The position numbers and the translations under genes are program-made. Shown here in pieces: positions 1 to 9,999 of a stretch of 64,000 bases of DNA; the stretch's first letter is position 1, and every line of letters begins with the position of its first letter. Origin of the DNA: Candidatus Poribacteria bacterium (GTDB lineage Bacteria > Poribacteria > WGA-4E > WGA-3G); the NCBI GenBank assembly GCA_963665235.2, contig CAXXLX010000002.1:672001-736000 (forward strand). Reading direction: 5' to 3'. The notes under the pieces were generated by a model. The model worked only from the letters and a program-made list of their open reading frames with translations, was not told the DNA's origin and searched no databases.

Positions 1-170
1 TGATAAGCCGCTACACTGTTCCCCGCTGCCTCAAGTTGTTCACGTAGGAACACAGCATTCTTGTCCGTTTCTGGCGTACGTGTATCACTTACGGTGACAA
101 TAGCGACGGCTACCGGTCCTTCTTCGGTTGCCATTTCCCGGTGTTGCTGTGTGCTTGTTGAAGTCGTCAT
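1..170 (-). CDS. moaB: Molybdenum cofactor biosynthesis protein MoaB/Mog family, partial (runs off the window start)
   Basis: Manual translation from ATG at 170: MTTSTSTQQHREMATEEGPVAVAIVTVSDTRTPETDKNAVFLREQLEAAGNSV; the VTVSDTR..ETD motif is typical of MoaB. Confidence 0.8.
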   Translation of the reverse strand, partial: MTTSTSTQQHREMATEEGPVAVAIVTVSDTRTPETDKNAVFLREQLEAAGNSVAAY

Positions 171-196
171 ATTTCTTTTCTCACTTTCTTTACAAA

Positions 197-2407
197 TTAT
201 TGATTCGGGTAGGTTTTCTTCAAATACCTGGGCATCTCAAAGAGAAGTCCGCCTGTTCGCTGAGCAAGTGTTGATTGAAAATCATCCGGGTCTGGATGTC
301 CGACAACATAGACGCGAAGCCCTAACGACTGACAGAGTTGGACAGCTCGTTCGGCAGGATATTTTCCTGTTGTGGGTTCATCTGTTAAGATTAGCAGGAA
401 TCGGCTTGCGTACGGACTGAACTGCATTTTCGGGAGCCCCTCCACGATGGCATCAATAAGGTGTTCGTCTCCGCCGAACGGGTCTTCCATCAAGCTTTGC
501 AGTGTCGCTTCGTTGAGCGACATCTGTCGTGTTACAACGGCACCGTTGATAACCTTAATTGCTCCTTTCGCTTCTGCGAAACGGATGAGGCCGATGCGGT
601 ATTTTATCGGTAGAATTTCCAACCTGCCGAGGAGTGTGCTTAATCCAAGCATAATTGCTTGTGACCTGCCGCCCATGCTCTGACTATAATCCAGCATGAT
701 AGCGATATCGACGATAGGTTCAGAGTCCTCAGCAGCTGCACCGGGCTGCCCGCCGCCATAGATATTTAGGCGGTCCTTCTCACTTCGGATAGTGTACATC
801 CGGTTGTTTTCGCTGTCATTTACACGCCATATCTTATCGCGTCGCAACGTGCGCGCGTTGAGATTCTTATTGAGATTCCAACTTTCTGGATAGATTCCGC
901 TGTAGACATTCAATTTATCGCCGACTTTTCGGATGGTATAAACGAGCCCGCTCTTGTGGTCAGTCATCACCCACAGGTCGTTCTCATGTTTTTTCCGCAA
1001 CGTTGCATCTTCAGAGTAATATAGATATTCCTTTAGCTCAATCCCGTGTTTTTTAAATTCACGGATTAATTTTCGTGTTGGAATATTCCCATCTTCAAGC
1101 GTTACGTCAAATTTTGCCTCTAGGCTAAACATCAATTTACCGCCGTTCCGGCGGATGTCGGTCGCGATATCTCGGAAAATCTTGAGAAACGGCTGATTTC
1201 CGACCCGTGTACTTGGGAGTGCAGTGGCACTCTTGGTACCGCCGGGGATGAGCTGCCACAAGCCCCCTGTTATTTCGGCTAACTGCTGCTGAAAAGGTTC
1301 GGGATGTCCGAGGACATTGACGCTAATCTCCTCAAGTTTATAGTTATCCATGACCCTTTCCTTCATCGTCGTATAAGCCCCGCCCTTTTTCATACGGGTT
1401 GTTGCAGGTTCATCGGTGACGAGGATGATGTGCCTATCCGCATCTGAGTGAAACTCAATAAAACTCAATGTATCGATGAGCGCGTCGAGTGCATGTTCGT
1501 CACCACTCATCCTCACCGCCTGCATCTCGCGGCGGAGCATGGCGACATCGGGCCGCAGCGTTCGAACCCGGACCTCCTGTCCCGCGGTGCGTACACTAAA
1601 CTCCGACAGGCCGAAATGATACTCCAAATTAACCAGATCGAATGCGTCACTCATGCTGTATAAATTTTTGGCGACCTGCTGAATGTTATCCCGCATACTT
1701 GCACTTGTATCCACCACAAACACGACGTTGACTTTATCTACCTGGCGGGTGTTAATGATATGGTCAGCAATTTCTTTGAGGGCTTCAGCGAAAGGGTTCG
1801 TGATATAATTATCGCCGCCCTCACCGCCGCTACCTTTTTCTGCTGAGCCGTCCCCGATTGTTCCTACTTCGGCGGTCCCGGTGGATTCAAGTCTATGAAG
1901 TCCGTCGCCGCCCTCACCTTTGGTGCGTTGTCGGACACTCTTGACCCCAGCACCATCGGTTACCTTAAATGGACTTTGCACCGCTTCTGAAATAGCTCTG
2001 GCTCGACTATCAAACGGTTTCGCGTAAGTGGTTACTTCCGGCAGCGGTTGCTGTACATCACTCACAGCATCTGTCGCGCTATGCATCAGGACCTTCTCAG
2101 AGGGTCGAACGGTCTCATCGATTAAATTATCGGAGGCGGTTAGCTTCACGTGTTGTGGGCGGTATTCTCTCACGGTTTCCGAATATTTTGGGGTAAGCAG
2201 CCGCTTCGGGGGCGGTCGCTTTAGCACGCGTTTCTGTTTCTCCTGCTTTTTCGTTATAATTTCCGCGCTGAGGGTATCTTCAAAATCGTTTTGTACCTGT
2301 TTGTAAAAGACAAATGTCAGGATAATTGCACAGCAGAGGTGAGCAATGCCTGAGATGAGGAGCGCGCTTACGGAACGCCTTCTTGAGTTTGAGTCGGAAC
2401 GAATCAT
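197..2407 (-). CDS. Membrane-anchored protein with two von Willebrand factor A domains
   Basis: N-terminal TM helix (ALLISGIAHLCCAIILTFVFY); two MIDAS motifs (VFVVDTSASM, IMLDYSQSM), each followed by GDEH..DA and TDEP. Confidence 0.8.
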   Translation of the reverse strand: MIRSDSNSRRRSVSALLISGIAHLCCAIILTFVFYKQVQNDFEDTLSAEIITKKQEKQKRVLKRPPPKRLLTPKYSETVREYRPQHVKLTASDNLIDETVRPSEKVLMHSATDAVSDVQQPLPEVTTYAKPFDSRARAISEAVQSPFKVTDGAGVKSVRQRTKGEGGDGLHRLESTGTAEVGTIGDGSAEKGSGGEGGDNYITNPFAEALKEIADHIINTRQVDKVNVVFVVDTSASMRDNIQQVAKNLYSMSDAFDLVNLEYHFGLSEFSVRTAGQEVRVRTLRPDVAMLRREMQAVRMSGDEHALDALIDTLSFIEFHSDADRHIILVTDEPATTRMKKGGAYTTMKERVMDNYKLEEISVNVLGHPEPFQQQLAEITGGLWQLIPGGTKSATALPSTRVGNQPFLKIFRDIATDIRRNGGKLMFSLEAKFDVTLEDGNIPTRKLIREFKKHGIELKEYLYYSEDATLRKKHENDLWVMTDHKSGLVYTIRKVGDKLNVYSGIYPESWNLNKNLNARTLRRDKIWRVNDSENNRMYTIRSEKDRLNIYGGGQPGAAAEDSEPIVDIAIMLDYSQSMGGRSQAIMLGLSTLLGRLEILPIKYRIGLIRFAEAKGAIKVINGAVVTRQMSLNEATLQSLMEDPFGGDEHLIDAIVEGLPKMQFSPYASRFLLILTDEPTTGKYPAERAVQLCQSLGLRVYVVGHPDPDDFQSTLAQRTGGLLFEMPRYLKKTYPNQ

Positions 2408-2462
2408 TTTTTTTCTCCTTTTGCGTTATTTTCTATAAACATACTAAACTTTGGACAATTTT

Positions 2463-2615
2463 AACGCGAGTTTGAAAAAAGTTTTGACCTAGAGCGTTCT
2501 GTGGTAGTTTTAGCAAAAAACTGCACAAACTAGGAAGTTTATGCTACAATTATACCGCTTTTTTCGCGATGAAACAGGTTTAGAGCAAACGGATATTTAT
2601 TATCAAGCTCACGTT
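2463..2615 (-). mobile_element. MITE family B (AACG(T/C)GAG termini) carrying a GTAG-type hairpin
   Basis: Near-identical reverse complement of 19460-19613; terminal inverted repeats AACGCGAGTTTG / CAAGCTCACGTT. Confidence 0.8.
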
Positions 2616-2813
2616 AAATAATAACATATTTGACGCAAACTGTCAAGAAAAACCAAAAAATGTCCCCCAAACCGCGCAAAAACCCCAAAATTCGGGAGAT
2701 TGGAGAAATAAAAATGTTTTTTTTGTAACCAATTGAGGAATAGAAACGTTATTATCTTTTAAAGTTGTTAAAGTACGCGTAATTTTTAACTGTACAAAAA
2801 GGAGGATGAAACA

Positions 2814-3095
2814 GTGGTAAAACAAACAACAGAAATGTTCGCTGCCGTTAATCCGCTTGTTGGGCTTTCCTCTAAGGCAATACGTTTGTATAATGCGCTG
2901 GAGGTTTTTCAAACTCAAAACAGGGAGTGTTGCCCTGACGGCCCGGAGTGGTTTCAAGTTTCACAACGTGAACGTATCTTAAGAAGAGCCGGATTTTCTA
3001 AAATAGAAATTGATAAAGCTATCACAGAATTATTAGACGCAAATTTACTACAGATTCAGGATAAAGAAAATATAAAGTGGTATTGCCTGAAATAG
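2814..3095 (+). CDS. Small hypothetical protein, possible winged-helix DNA-binding fold
   Basis: AGGAGG RBS before GTG; pattern LSSKAIRLY...AGFSKIEIDKAITELLDANLL resembles a wHTH; ends 7 bp before maf. Confidence 0.6.
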   Translation: MVKQTTEMFAAVNPLVGLSSKAIRLYNALEVFQTQNRECCPDGPEWFQVSQRERILRRAGFSKIEIDKAITELLDANLLQIQDKENIKWYCLK

Positions 3096-3102
3096 CAAGG
3101 CT

Positions 3103-3702
3103 ATGCTTACGTTGAAAATCCCGCGCCTTATTTTAGCTTCAGCGTCCCCGCGACGCGCGGACCTCTTATCTCAAATTGGACTGACGTTTGAGGTACATCC
3201 CAGCGATATTGTGGAACCGGCCCCGAGGCCATCTATGAAACCAGGGGTGTTTACACAAGAGCTTGCACTGCTGAAAGCAAAATCTGTCGCGAAGCAGTAC
3301 ACCGAAGGAGTCGTTATCGGCGCAGATACGTTAGTCTCCTTAGCAGGGGAGCTGCTCGGCAAACCGAGGGACGACGCACACGCCCACGACATGTTGACGC
3401 GCCTCAGCGGCACCTGCCATGAGGTCATCACCGGGGTTGCATTAATTGAGATAGAACAGCAGAAAACGGTAACATGGTCAGAAACAACCCGGGTTTACTT
3501 CAGAAAGCTCTCCTATTCAGAAATTGCCGCCTACGTTGAAACAGGGGAGCCCTCCGATAAAGCCGGGGCTTACGGAATTCAGGGCCTCGGCGCAGCCTTC
3601 GTTATACGAATTGAGGGCTGCTATTTCAACGTAGTCGGTCTACCGTTGGCAAAACTTGTTGAACAATTAGCAGAATTTCACCCGAACGATGCTGACACAT
3701 AA
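3103..3702 (+). CDS. maf: Maf family nucleoside triphosphate pyrophosphatase
   Basis: LILASASPRR, GADT, LGKP, DKAGAYGIQG and NVVGLP motifs. Confidence 0.95.
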   Translation: MLTLKIPRLILASASPRRADLLSQIGLTFEVHPSDIVEPAPRPSMKPGVFTQELALLKAKSVAKQYTEGVVIGADTLVSLAGELLGKPRDDAHAHDMLTRLSGTCHEVITGVALIEIEQQKTVTWSETTRVYFRKLSYSEIAAYVETGEPSDKAGAYGIQGLGAAFVIRIEGCYFNVVGLPLAKLVEQLAEFHPNDADT

Positions 3703-4351
3703 AAGCTGGACAGTTGCAGAGGGATATACCCGCATCCTCACCCCTGGCGAGCTGGGGATTACAAAACTCCATTTTGGCATTCTGAACCTTGCACCTGAGG
3801 CAACCTTCTTTGACCATTCTGATGATACCGAAGTCGCCTTGATAGCACTAGCAGGACAAGGCACCTTATTGGTAGGACATAACGGCAACAAAGCCAACGG
3901 GATTTTAGGTGAACGCCCGGATGTGTTTCAGGGGGATGCATGTGTGGCGTATATCCCGCACCACACCACTTATGAGATTTTAGCGAGCAAGATAGGGGTT
4001 GAAATAGCAGTTTGCAAAACCCCCTCCGATATGGATGTTCCTGCTGTCATCTTCGCTGCAGGCGAGGCGGACGCGCAAACAGATTATCAACTCAACATTA
4101 GAGAAAACGATATAACCGTTGGAAGCGGTTGCGAGGCAGTCTGTCTCTATCGATTCCCGAATGCAGAAGGCAGTGCTACGGTAGAGCTCGCGCACCCTAC
4201 ACAGGCGGCTAAGCCTCTTATCCTGCACCACAACGATGTCCTTGTGATTCCAAGTGCACACCACGCCAACGTGTTAAGTCATGAAGGTGTCTGCTATCAA
4301 TTATGTGTAACGTGTCCTACTCGCCTTCAATCAGTTCTCCCCCCTTTTTGA
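3689..4351 (+). CDS. IolB/KduI-like cupin protein (5-deoxy-glucuronate isomerase-like), shortened
   Basis: GERPDVFQG..VAYIP N-terminal similarity to IolB and C-terminal HNDVLVIP; the central SSYPPHKHD segment is absent. Confidence 0.55.
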   Translation: MLTHKSWTVAEGYTRILTPGELGITKLHFGILNLAPEATFFDHSDDTEVALIALAGQGTLLVGHNGNKANGILGERPDVFQGDACVAYIPHHTTYEILASKIGVEIAVCKTPSDMDVPAVIFAAGEADAQTDYQLNIRENDITVGSGCEAVCLYRFPNAEGSATVELAHPTQAAKPLILHHNDVLVIPSAHHANVLSHEGVCYQLCVTCPTRLQSVLPPF

Positions 4352-4622
4352 TAAAAGCGACGGCACTCCGCGAGATTTGAACCTTTACCTCCTGATTATT
4401 CAATTCCGCAACCGTAATCAGGATAATGTTCTTATCGTTGCTGAGCCCCAGGATTTTGCCGTGCAATCCGCCGTTGGTTACGATTTCATCGCCCTTTGTC
4501 AGATTTTCGAGCATATTTTGGTGTTTTTTACGTCTCGTTTGTTCCGGCCGAATCAGCAGGAAGTAAAAAATAGCTCCGATTAGGATAAACGGAACAAGCA
4601 TGCTTATTATTGGATCTCCCAT
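4317..4622 (-). CDS. yajC: Preprotein translocase subunit YajC
   Basis: TM helix followed by FYFLLIRP, L.KGDEIVTNGGLHGKI, SRSAV. Confidence 0.95.
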   Translation of the reverse strand: MGDPIISMLVPFILIGAIFYFLLIRPEQTRRKKHQNMLENLTKGDEIVTNGGLHGKILGLSNDKNIILITVAELNNQEVKVQISRSAVAFIKKGGELIEGE

Positions 4623-4641
4623 TATTGTTCTCCTTATTTTT

Positions 4642-5670
4642 TTAAAGAATTAGCATGGCATCGCCATAGCTGTAAAAACGGTAGCTATGTCGAAGTGCTT
4701 CCTGATAAGCCTCCTGAATCAAGGGGACATCAGCAAAAGCACTCACAAGCATAAGCAGCGTTGATTTCGGTAGATGAAAGTTGGTGACCAACGCATCTAC
4801 GACTCTGAATTGATACCCGGGATAGATAAAAAGTTCGCTGTGTCCGTTATAAGGGGTGAGCGTGCCTGTCGCGCCCGCTGTTTCGAGAGCACGTACCACC
4901 GTGGTACCGATGGCGACCACTTTTGCCCCCGCTTCCCGAGCCGTGCGAATCCGGTTCGCTGTTGTCTCAGAGAGGTTGATATATTCAGCGTGCATTTTGT
5001 GTTTCTCAATATCCTCCACTGAAACCGGTTGGAACGTTCCAAGCCCGACATGTAACGTTAACGTTGCTGTTTCTATTCCGTTTTCTCTCAATTCCGCCAA
5101 TAGTTCTCGTGTGAAGTGCAACCCTGCTGTCGGTGCAGCAATAGCCCCTTCGTGAGCCGCGTAAACTGATTGATACCGCACCGTATCCGCTGCGTTCGGT
5201 GCACGGCGGATATACGGAGGCAGTGGAAGTTGTCCGACCGCCGCGAGGATAGCTGAGAACTGCCCCCCGTAGCTAAACTGGACGATACAGTGCCCATTTT
5301 CCGGCATCGCGAGCACTTCTGCCTTGAGCACATCCTCACCGAACACAAGCTGTGTACCGATGCGGAGACTCCGGCGCGGCTTTGCTAGCACTTCCCACGT
5401 ATCAGGGGCCGTTTCCTGGATAAGAAGCAGCTCTATCTTGCCCCCGGTTTCACTTTTGTTCCCGATTAATCGCGCCGGTATCACCTTCGTATCGTTTAAG
5501 ACTAGGAGCGATGCATCCGGTAAAAATTGCCGAATCCGTGAGAAGTGGGTATGGTGAAACTCACGCGTGCTTCTATTGATAACCATGAGCCGTGACGCAT
5601 CGCGTGCTTGCAACGGGTGTTGTGCAATCCGCTCAGCAGGCAAATGGTAATCAAAATCTGTAGATTTCAT
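4642..5670 (-). CDS. queA: S-adenosylmethionine:tRNA ribosyltransferase-isomerase
   Basis: DFDYHLP..RIAQ.P, AAPTAGLHFT, LHVGLGTF, TNFHLPKSTL, YRFYSYGDAM; start moved to MKSTDFDY at 5670. Confidence 0.97.
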   Translation of the reverse strand: MKSTDFDYHLPAERIAQHPLQARDASRLMVINRSTREFHHTHFSRIRQFLPDASLLVLNDTKVIPARLIGNKSETGGKIELLLIQETAPDTWEVLAKPRRSLRIGTQLVFGEDVLKAEVLAMPENGHCIVQFSYGGQFSAILAAVGQLPLPPYIRRAPNAADTVRYQSVYAAHEGAIAAPTAGLHFTRELLAELRENGIETATLTLHVGLGTFQPVSVEDIEKHKMHAEYINLSETTANRIRTAREAGAKVVAIGTTVVRALETAGATGTLTPYNGHSELFIYPGYQFRVVDALVTNFHLPKSTLLMLVSAFADVPLIQEAYQEALRHSYRFYSYGDAMLIL

Positions 5671-5677
5671 TTTTTTT

Positions 5678-6676
5678 TCAAAATAACGTGTACTGCGTGC
5701 CTGTTGGATACCCGAAGTATTCGTAGGCTGCATCCGTTGCAGTGCGTCCTGCCGGGGTCAATGTCAAAAATCCCTCTTTGATATAATAGGGTTCATAGAC
5801 CTCTGAGATGGTTCGTTCATCCTCACTGAGGGCGACAGCGAGTGCTTTAAGCCCAGCACGTCCGTTAAAGTTCTTGATAAGCGTGTGAAAATAGGCGTAG
5901 TCTTGGGCATTTAAACCGCGCTCATCAATACCGAAGAACTCTAATGCCTCCTCTACAACATCAAGCGTAAGCGTCCCATCGCCTCTAACTTCAGCATAGT
6001 CTCTGACGTTTAAAAGCAATTTGTTAGCAATTCGCATAGTCCCGCGTGCACGCCGGGCTAAGGCGAATTCGGCTTCATTTTCTATATCAATTTTGAGTTT
6101 CACGCTATTGATGCGGATAGCCTCCTGAATCTCCTCTGGCGCATAGTAGTCCAAGTGGATACGTATACCGAATCTATCGCGAAACGGGCCGGCAAGCAGC
6201 CCTTCCCGAGTTGTCGCACCGACTAGCGTGAACCGGGCGATGGGCACTTGTACAACATCCGCCGCTGCACCTTGACCCATAGCGAAATCCACCTGATAAT
6301 CCTCCATCGCAGGGTACAGCGATTCTTGAACGTAACCTTTCACCCTATGGATTTCGTCAATAAACAGAATATCCCGTTGTTCCAGGTTCATTAACATTGA
6401 GGCGAGGTCAAGTCTTTCCATCAGAGGCCCGATGGCCTGCTTGAAATTGCTTGCGGATTCATTGGCAATAATTTTAGCAAGCGTTGTTTTTCCAAGCCCC
6501 GGGGGACTGACAAGGAGGACATGTTCCAGCGCATCGCCTCGGTTTTTCGCGGCTTCAATATGAATTCGGAGCTGCTCCTTCGCCTTCGGTTGACCGATAA
6601 ATTCGTTCAGGGTTTCTGGACGGAGGCTATATTCAAAGCTTTCCTCTGTCATATCGCGAATGTCGTGGCTATCCAT
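5678..6676 (-). CDS. ruvB: Holliday junction branch migration helicase RuvB
   Basis: LRPETL.EFIGQ, PPGLGKTTLA, LFIDEIHR, LYPAMED, GATTR.G, RDRFG, RGT.RIAN. Confidence 0.97.
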   Translation of the reverse strand: MDSHDIRDMTEESFEYSLRPETLNEFIGQPKAKEQLRIHIEAAKNRGDALEHVLLVSPPGLGKTTLAKIIANESASNFKQAIGPLMERLDLASMLMNLEQRDILFIDEIHRVKGYVQESLYPAMEDYQVDFAMGQGAAADVVQVPIARFTLVGATTREGLLAGPFRDRFGIRIHLDYYAPEEIQEAIRINSVKLKIDIENEAEFALARRARGTMRIANKLLLNVRDYAEVRGDGTLTLDVVEEALEFFGIDERGLNAQDYAYFHTLIKNFNGRAGLKALAVALSEDERTISEVYEPYYIKEGFLTLTPAGRTATDAAYEYFGYPTGTQYTLF

Positions 6677-6686
6677 TGTGGGTTAC

Positions 6687-7292
6687 CTATGCTGTTTGAT
6701 TACCGATGTAGCGGAAAGCTTGTTTAACCAAATTTTCCCGCTCGGCGGTATCGCCAAGCAGTTGTCGTGCCTTTTCTACCGCTTGTTCCGCCTCAAGTTC
6801 CGAAGCCCCCAAACCAACAAGTATGTCGATGACCGATTGGTCAGTGCTTACAGGACTATCTCCTTCAACTTCTCCCTCTAATTTGACTTTGGCGATGTTC
6901 TTTTTCAGTTTAATGATTATGAGTTGTGCAAGCTCTTTGTTTAACCGTGGCACGCGCATCAACGTTGTCGCGTCCGCGCTGTGCACTGCCCGCTGAAACT
7001 GTGACGGGGATAGTCTCGTAACGATGTTTTGGGCAAGTGTAGGCCCAACCCCTTTCACGGTCAGAGCCATTTTAAAAATTTTCAGGGCATCTCTTGAAGT
7101 GAACCCGTAGAGTTTAATTTCATTTTCTCGGCTTTGATAGTAGTAGGTGTAGAAGGTAATAGGTTCACCTTCGGCCGGTAGTTCGTCGGCGGTTCGCGGG
7201 GCCACTTCAACCGAATATCCGATACCGTTTACATCCACAATCACCTCTTTTGTGTCTTTAAAAGAGATAATACCTTTTACATGAGCAATCAT
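6687..7292 (-). CDS. ruvA: Holliday junction branch migration protein RuvA
   Basis: MIAHVKG, DVNGIGY, LYGF, V.GVGP; lies between ruvC and ruvB. Confidence 0.95.
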   Translation of the reverse strand: MIAHVKGIISFKDTKEVIVDVNGIGYSVEVAPRTADELPAEGEPITFYTYYYQSRENEIKLYGFTSRDALKIFKMALTVKGVGPTLAQNIVTRLSPSQFQRAVHSADATTLMRVPRLNKELAQLIIIKLKKNIAKVKLEGEVEGDSPVSTDQSVIDILVGLGASELEAEQAVEKARQLLGDTAERENLVKQAFRYIGNQTA

Positions 7293-7349
7293 TTAATCAA
7301 CTTTCCTTTCGATGAATCGGTCCTGGAACTCAGAGTAGAAACGCGCTAC

Positions 7350-7844
7350 TTAAATTTTACCTTGAAGTCGGAGCACTTTGTGGGAACGAGCGTGACAAAT
7401 TGCGAGGGCAAGCGCATCCGCTGCATGGTCAGGTTTTGGTAGCTCTTTCAGTTTCAGTAAAACCTGCACCATTTTTTGTATCTGCTGTTTTGTGGCTTTT
7501 CCGTAACCGACAACGGCTTGCTTGATTTGAGATGGCGTGTACGTTACAACGCGTAAATCTTTATATGCTGCTGCCAGTTTAACAATGCCTTTGACTTCGC
7601 CTACCACGAACGCACTGCTTACGTTTCTGTTGAAGAAAATGTCCTCTAAAACAATTATGTCAATATTGAACTCTGTAATCACTTCTGTTATGCTATCGTA
7701 AATCTGTTGTAAGCGTTTTTCTGGCGCGGTTTTCGGACTCGTTCGGATATTTCCGAAGTGAAGCGGCTCCACGCGGTTCGCGCTCGCTTTAACAACGCCG
7801 TATCCCGTATTTGCAATACCGGGGTCAATCCCAAGGATAATCAT
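7350..7844 (-). CDS. ruvC: Crossover junction endodeoxyribonuclease RuvC
   Basis: ILGIDPG..TGYGV, E..FF, G.G.ATKQQ, DHAADALA. Confidence 0.97.
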   Translation of the reverse strand: MIILGIDPGIANTGYGVVKASANRVEPLHFGNIRTSPKTAPEKRLQQIYDSITEVITEFNIDIIVLEDIFFNRNVSSAFVVGEVKGIVKLAAAYKDLRVVTYTPSQIKQAVVGYGKATKQQIQKMVQVLLKLKELPKPDHAADALALAICHARSHKVLRLQGKI

Positions 7845-7856
7845 TTTTTTTCTCTA

Positions 7857-8603
7857 CTAGGCGGCTGCCTCCAGGAGGTCGTCTGGGATGTCAAAGTTGG
7901 CGTAAACTTTCTGTACGTCATCTAGTTCATCCAATGCTGCCATAAGTTTCAGCATGCGTTCCGCCTCTTTCCCATCTAATTTTACCGTATTCTGCGGAAT
8001 CATGCTGATTTCAGCGAGTTGGATTTCGGCTTCTGTCTCCTGAATGGCGGTCACGACGGTGTCAAACTGTTCGAACGGGGTGATGATTTCAATAGCGGTT
8101 TCTAGCGGTGTCAGCTCCTCCGCTCCTGCATCCGCTGCGACCATGAACAGTTCATCTTCATCTATGCTGTTCGCTTCAACAACGATAAGCCCACACTTGT
8201 CAAAACCCCAAGAGACGCAACCGCGCTCCCCAATTCTGCCGTTGTATTTGCTGAGGGTGTGCCGGACTGCTGCCACTGCCCGATTACGGTTGTCCGTTAT
8301 CACCTCTATTATTAAAGCGACACCGCCCGGTCCGTAACCTTCATAGACCAGCTCTTCGTAGTCTTCGCCCTCCAAGTCCCCAGTACCCCGAAGGATTGCC
8401 TTTTCAATATTATCATTCGGGACGTTGCTTGACTTAGCAGTCGCAATAGCGGTGCGGAGCCGTGGGTTTGCGTCAACGTCACCCCCACCGAGACGCGCCG
8501 CAGCGGTAATCTCTTTTATCAATTTTGAGAAGAGTTTACCGCGCCTGGAATCGTTAGCTGCTTTCTTGTGTTTAATTGTTGACCATTTGGAATGTCCTGA
8601 CAT
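7857..8603 (-). CDS. yebC: YebC/PmpR family protein
   Basis: [37 protein letters not shown]; start set at MSGHSKW. Confidence 0.97.
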   Translation of the reverse strand: MSGHSKWSTIKHKKAANDSRRGKLFSKLIKEITAAARLGGGDVDANPRLRTAIATAKSSNVPNDNIEKAILRGTGDLEGEDYEELVYEGYGPGGVALIIEVITDNRNRAVAAVRHTLSKYNGRIGERGCVSWGFDKCGLIVVEANSIDEDELFMVAADAGAEELTPLETAIEIITPFEQFDTVVTAIQETEAEIQLAEISMIPQNTVKLDGKEAERMLKLMAALDELDDVQKVYANFDIPDDLLEAAA

Positions 8604-8984
8604 AATCTCCGTCCTTTCTGAATTTTCTGTGTTCACAAAAATGTTGAAAATAGAGTTGTCTAGCTTTTAGATAGTATAACCCAAGTTGCTACTTATAAGT
8701 TTTTAGACCCGGAAACACCGTCGTTAATGAAAATATGCTGATAATTAGGCACTATTTGTAGCGTCCACTTTTAGTTTGCACAATCTGGAAGATTATGCTA
8801 CTATGTGGCAACTTAGGTTAGTATAGCACAAAGTGAAAAAAGAGGGTGTGTAAATAGCTTGCCCATGGGGTCTCAATTTAGCATTTAGCTTCCCACTGTT
8901 TGTAGGCTCCCACCAACGTTTGTAGGTGTGCTTTGATGTGAATGCCCCACGCGTTTACAAAGCACACTTACATGGAGACACACG

Positions 8985-9824
8985 TTACCACTTTATATCC
9001 TCGAGGGATTGTGCCTCTAATGCCTGTGTGAATATAGCATCGAGGCGTTTTAGGCTGCGCATTCTCCCAATCTTGCGGGTAATTTCATCCGGCACATCGT
9101 CAAAACGCGCGTGTAGGGTTTTCAGGGTATCCTCACGTTTCGCACGAACCACACCGATTTCTATACCGCGTTGTTCACCGATTTCTATACCGCGTTGTTC
9201 ACCGCGTTGTTCACCGGCTTTCATACCATCCTCAAAAAGGGATTGGGCGATTGTTTGCACCTTTGATTCCTCCTTCGCTCTAAGCGATTTATCCTCTATC
9301 AAATCGTGAATCACATGAACTAAACCTTCACGCTCTTCACGCGGCCTACGACCAAAAATCAACATATACAGATACGACAAAACTTTGTCACGCTGGTTTT
9401 CTTCATCAGGACCAAGCGATAGCAGACGCTCAACCGCTGAAACTATTGCCGAACGCAACGCCGCCTCACTCTCATGTTCCTGTTGTAATACCGTCAAACC
9501 CCAACCCAACGGATGATCCGGACCTGTCAACGTCTCCGCAGACGTGTGCTTCACATCTAACAACAGAAAACGACAGTCCGGAACATATACGTCAAAAGGA
9601 CCACGCGGCGTTGACAACTCGCGCAACGACAACGGAACTGACCATCTCCGGTCCCCTGTGTAAAACACTATACCAATCACAGTTGGCAAACGCCACTCAC
9701 TCAGAGGAAGCGACTTCGATTTATGCTCACTGAGATTCCTATCCCATATCTGCGACATATAAGAATGTAAACGATACGCCATTATCGAGTCAACTTCCAA
9801 AGTACTGATTATTTTATTGTTCAT
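8985..9824 (-). CDS. Rpn (YhgA-like/Transposase_31) family protein, N-terminally truncated, with probable internal small protein 9260..8985
   Basis: MAYRL..Y...IW, LPTVIGIVFYTGDRRW, C-terminal EQRGIEIG repeats and ARF..VP..I tail; the N-terminal D...EHQS catalytic region is missing. Confidence 0.75.
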   Translation of the reverse strand: MNNKIISTLEVDSIMAYRLHSYMSQIWDRNLSEHKSKSLPLSEWRLPTVIGIVFYTGDRRWSVPLSLRELSTPRGPFDVYVPDCRFLLLDVKHTSAETLTGPDHPLGWGLTVLQQEHESEAALRSAIVSAVERLLSLGPDEENQRDKVLSYLYMLIFGRRPREEREGLVHVIHDLIEDKSLRAKEESKVQTIAQSLFEDGMKAGEQRGEQRGIEIGEQRGIEIGVVRAKREDTLKTLHARFDDVPDEITRKIGRMRSLKRLDAIFTQALEAQSLEDIKW

Positions 9825-9999
9825 AAATTCCCTCCTTCTCTAATGAAGGGATATTCATAACTAACCAATTATAGAATAACATACTTCACAGAAAATGTCA
9901 AATGAATTCACGTCGAGATTTTTTACAAGATTGGAAAAAAGCCGAAAAATGTGCTAAAATATTTATATTCACGCTGCGAAGGAGGCTAAACACGCTGCC

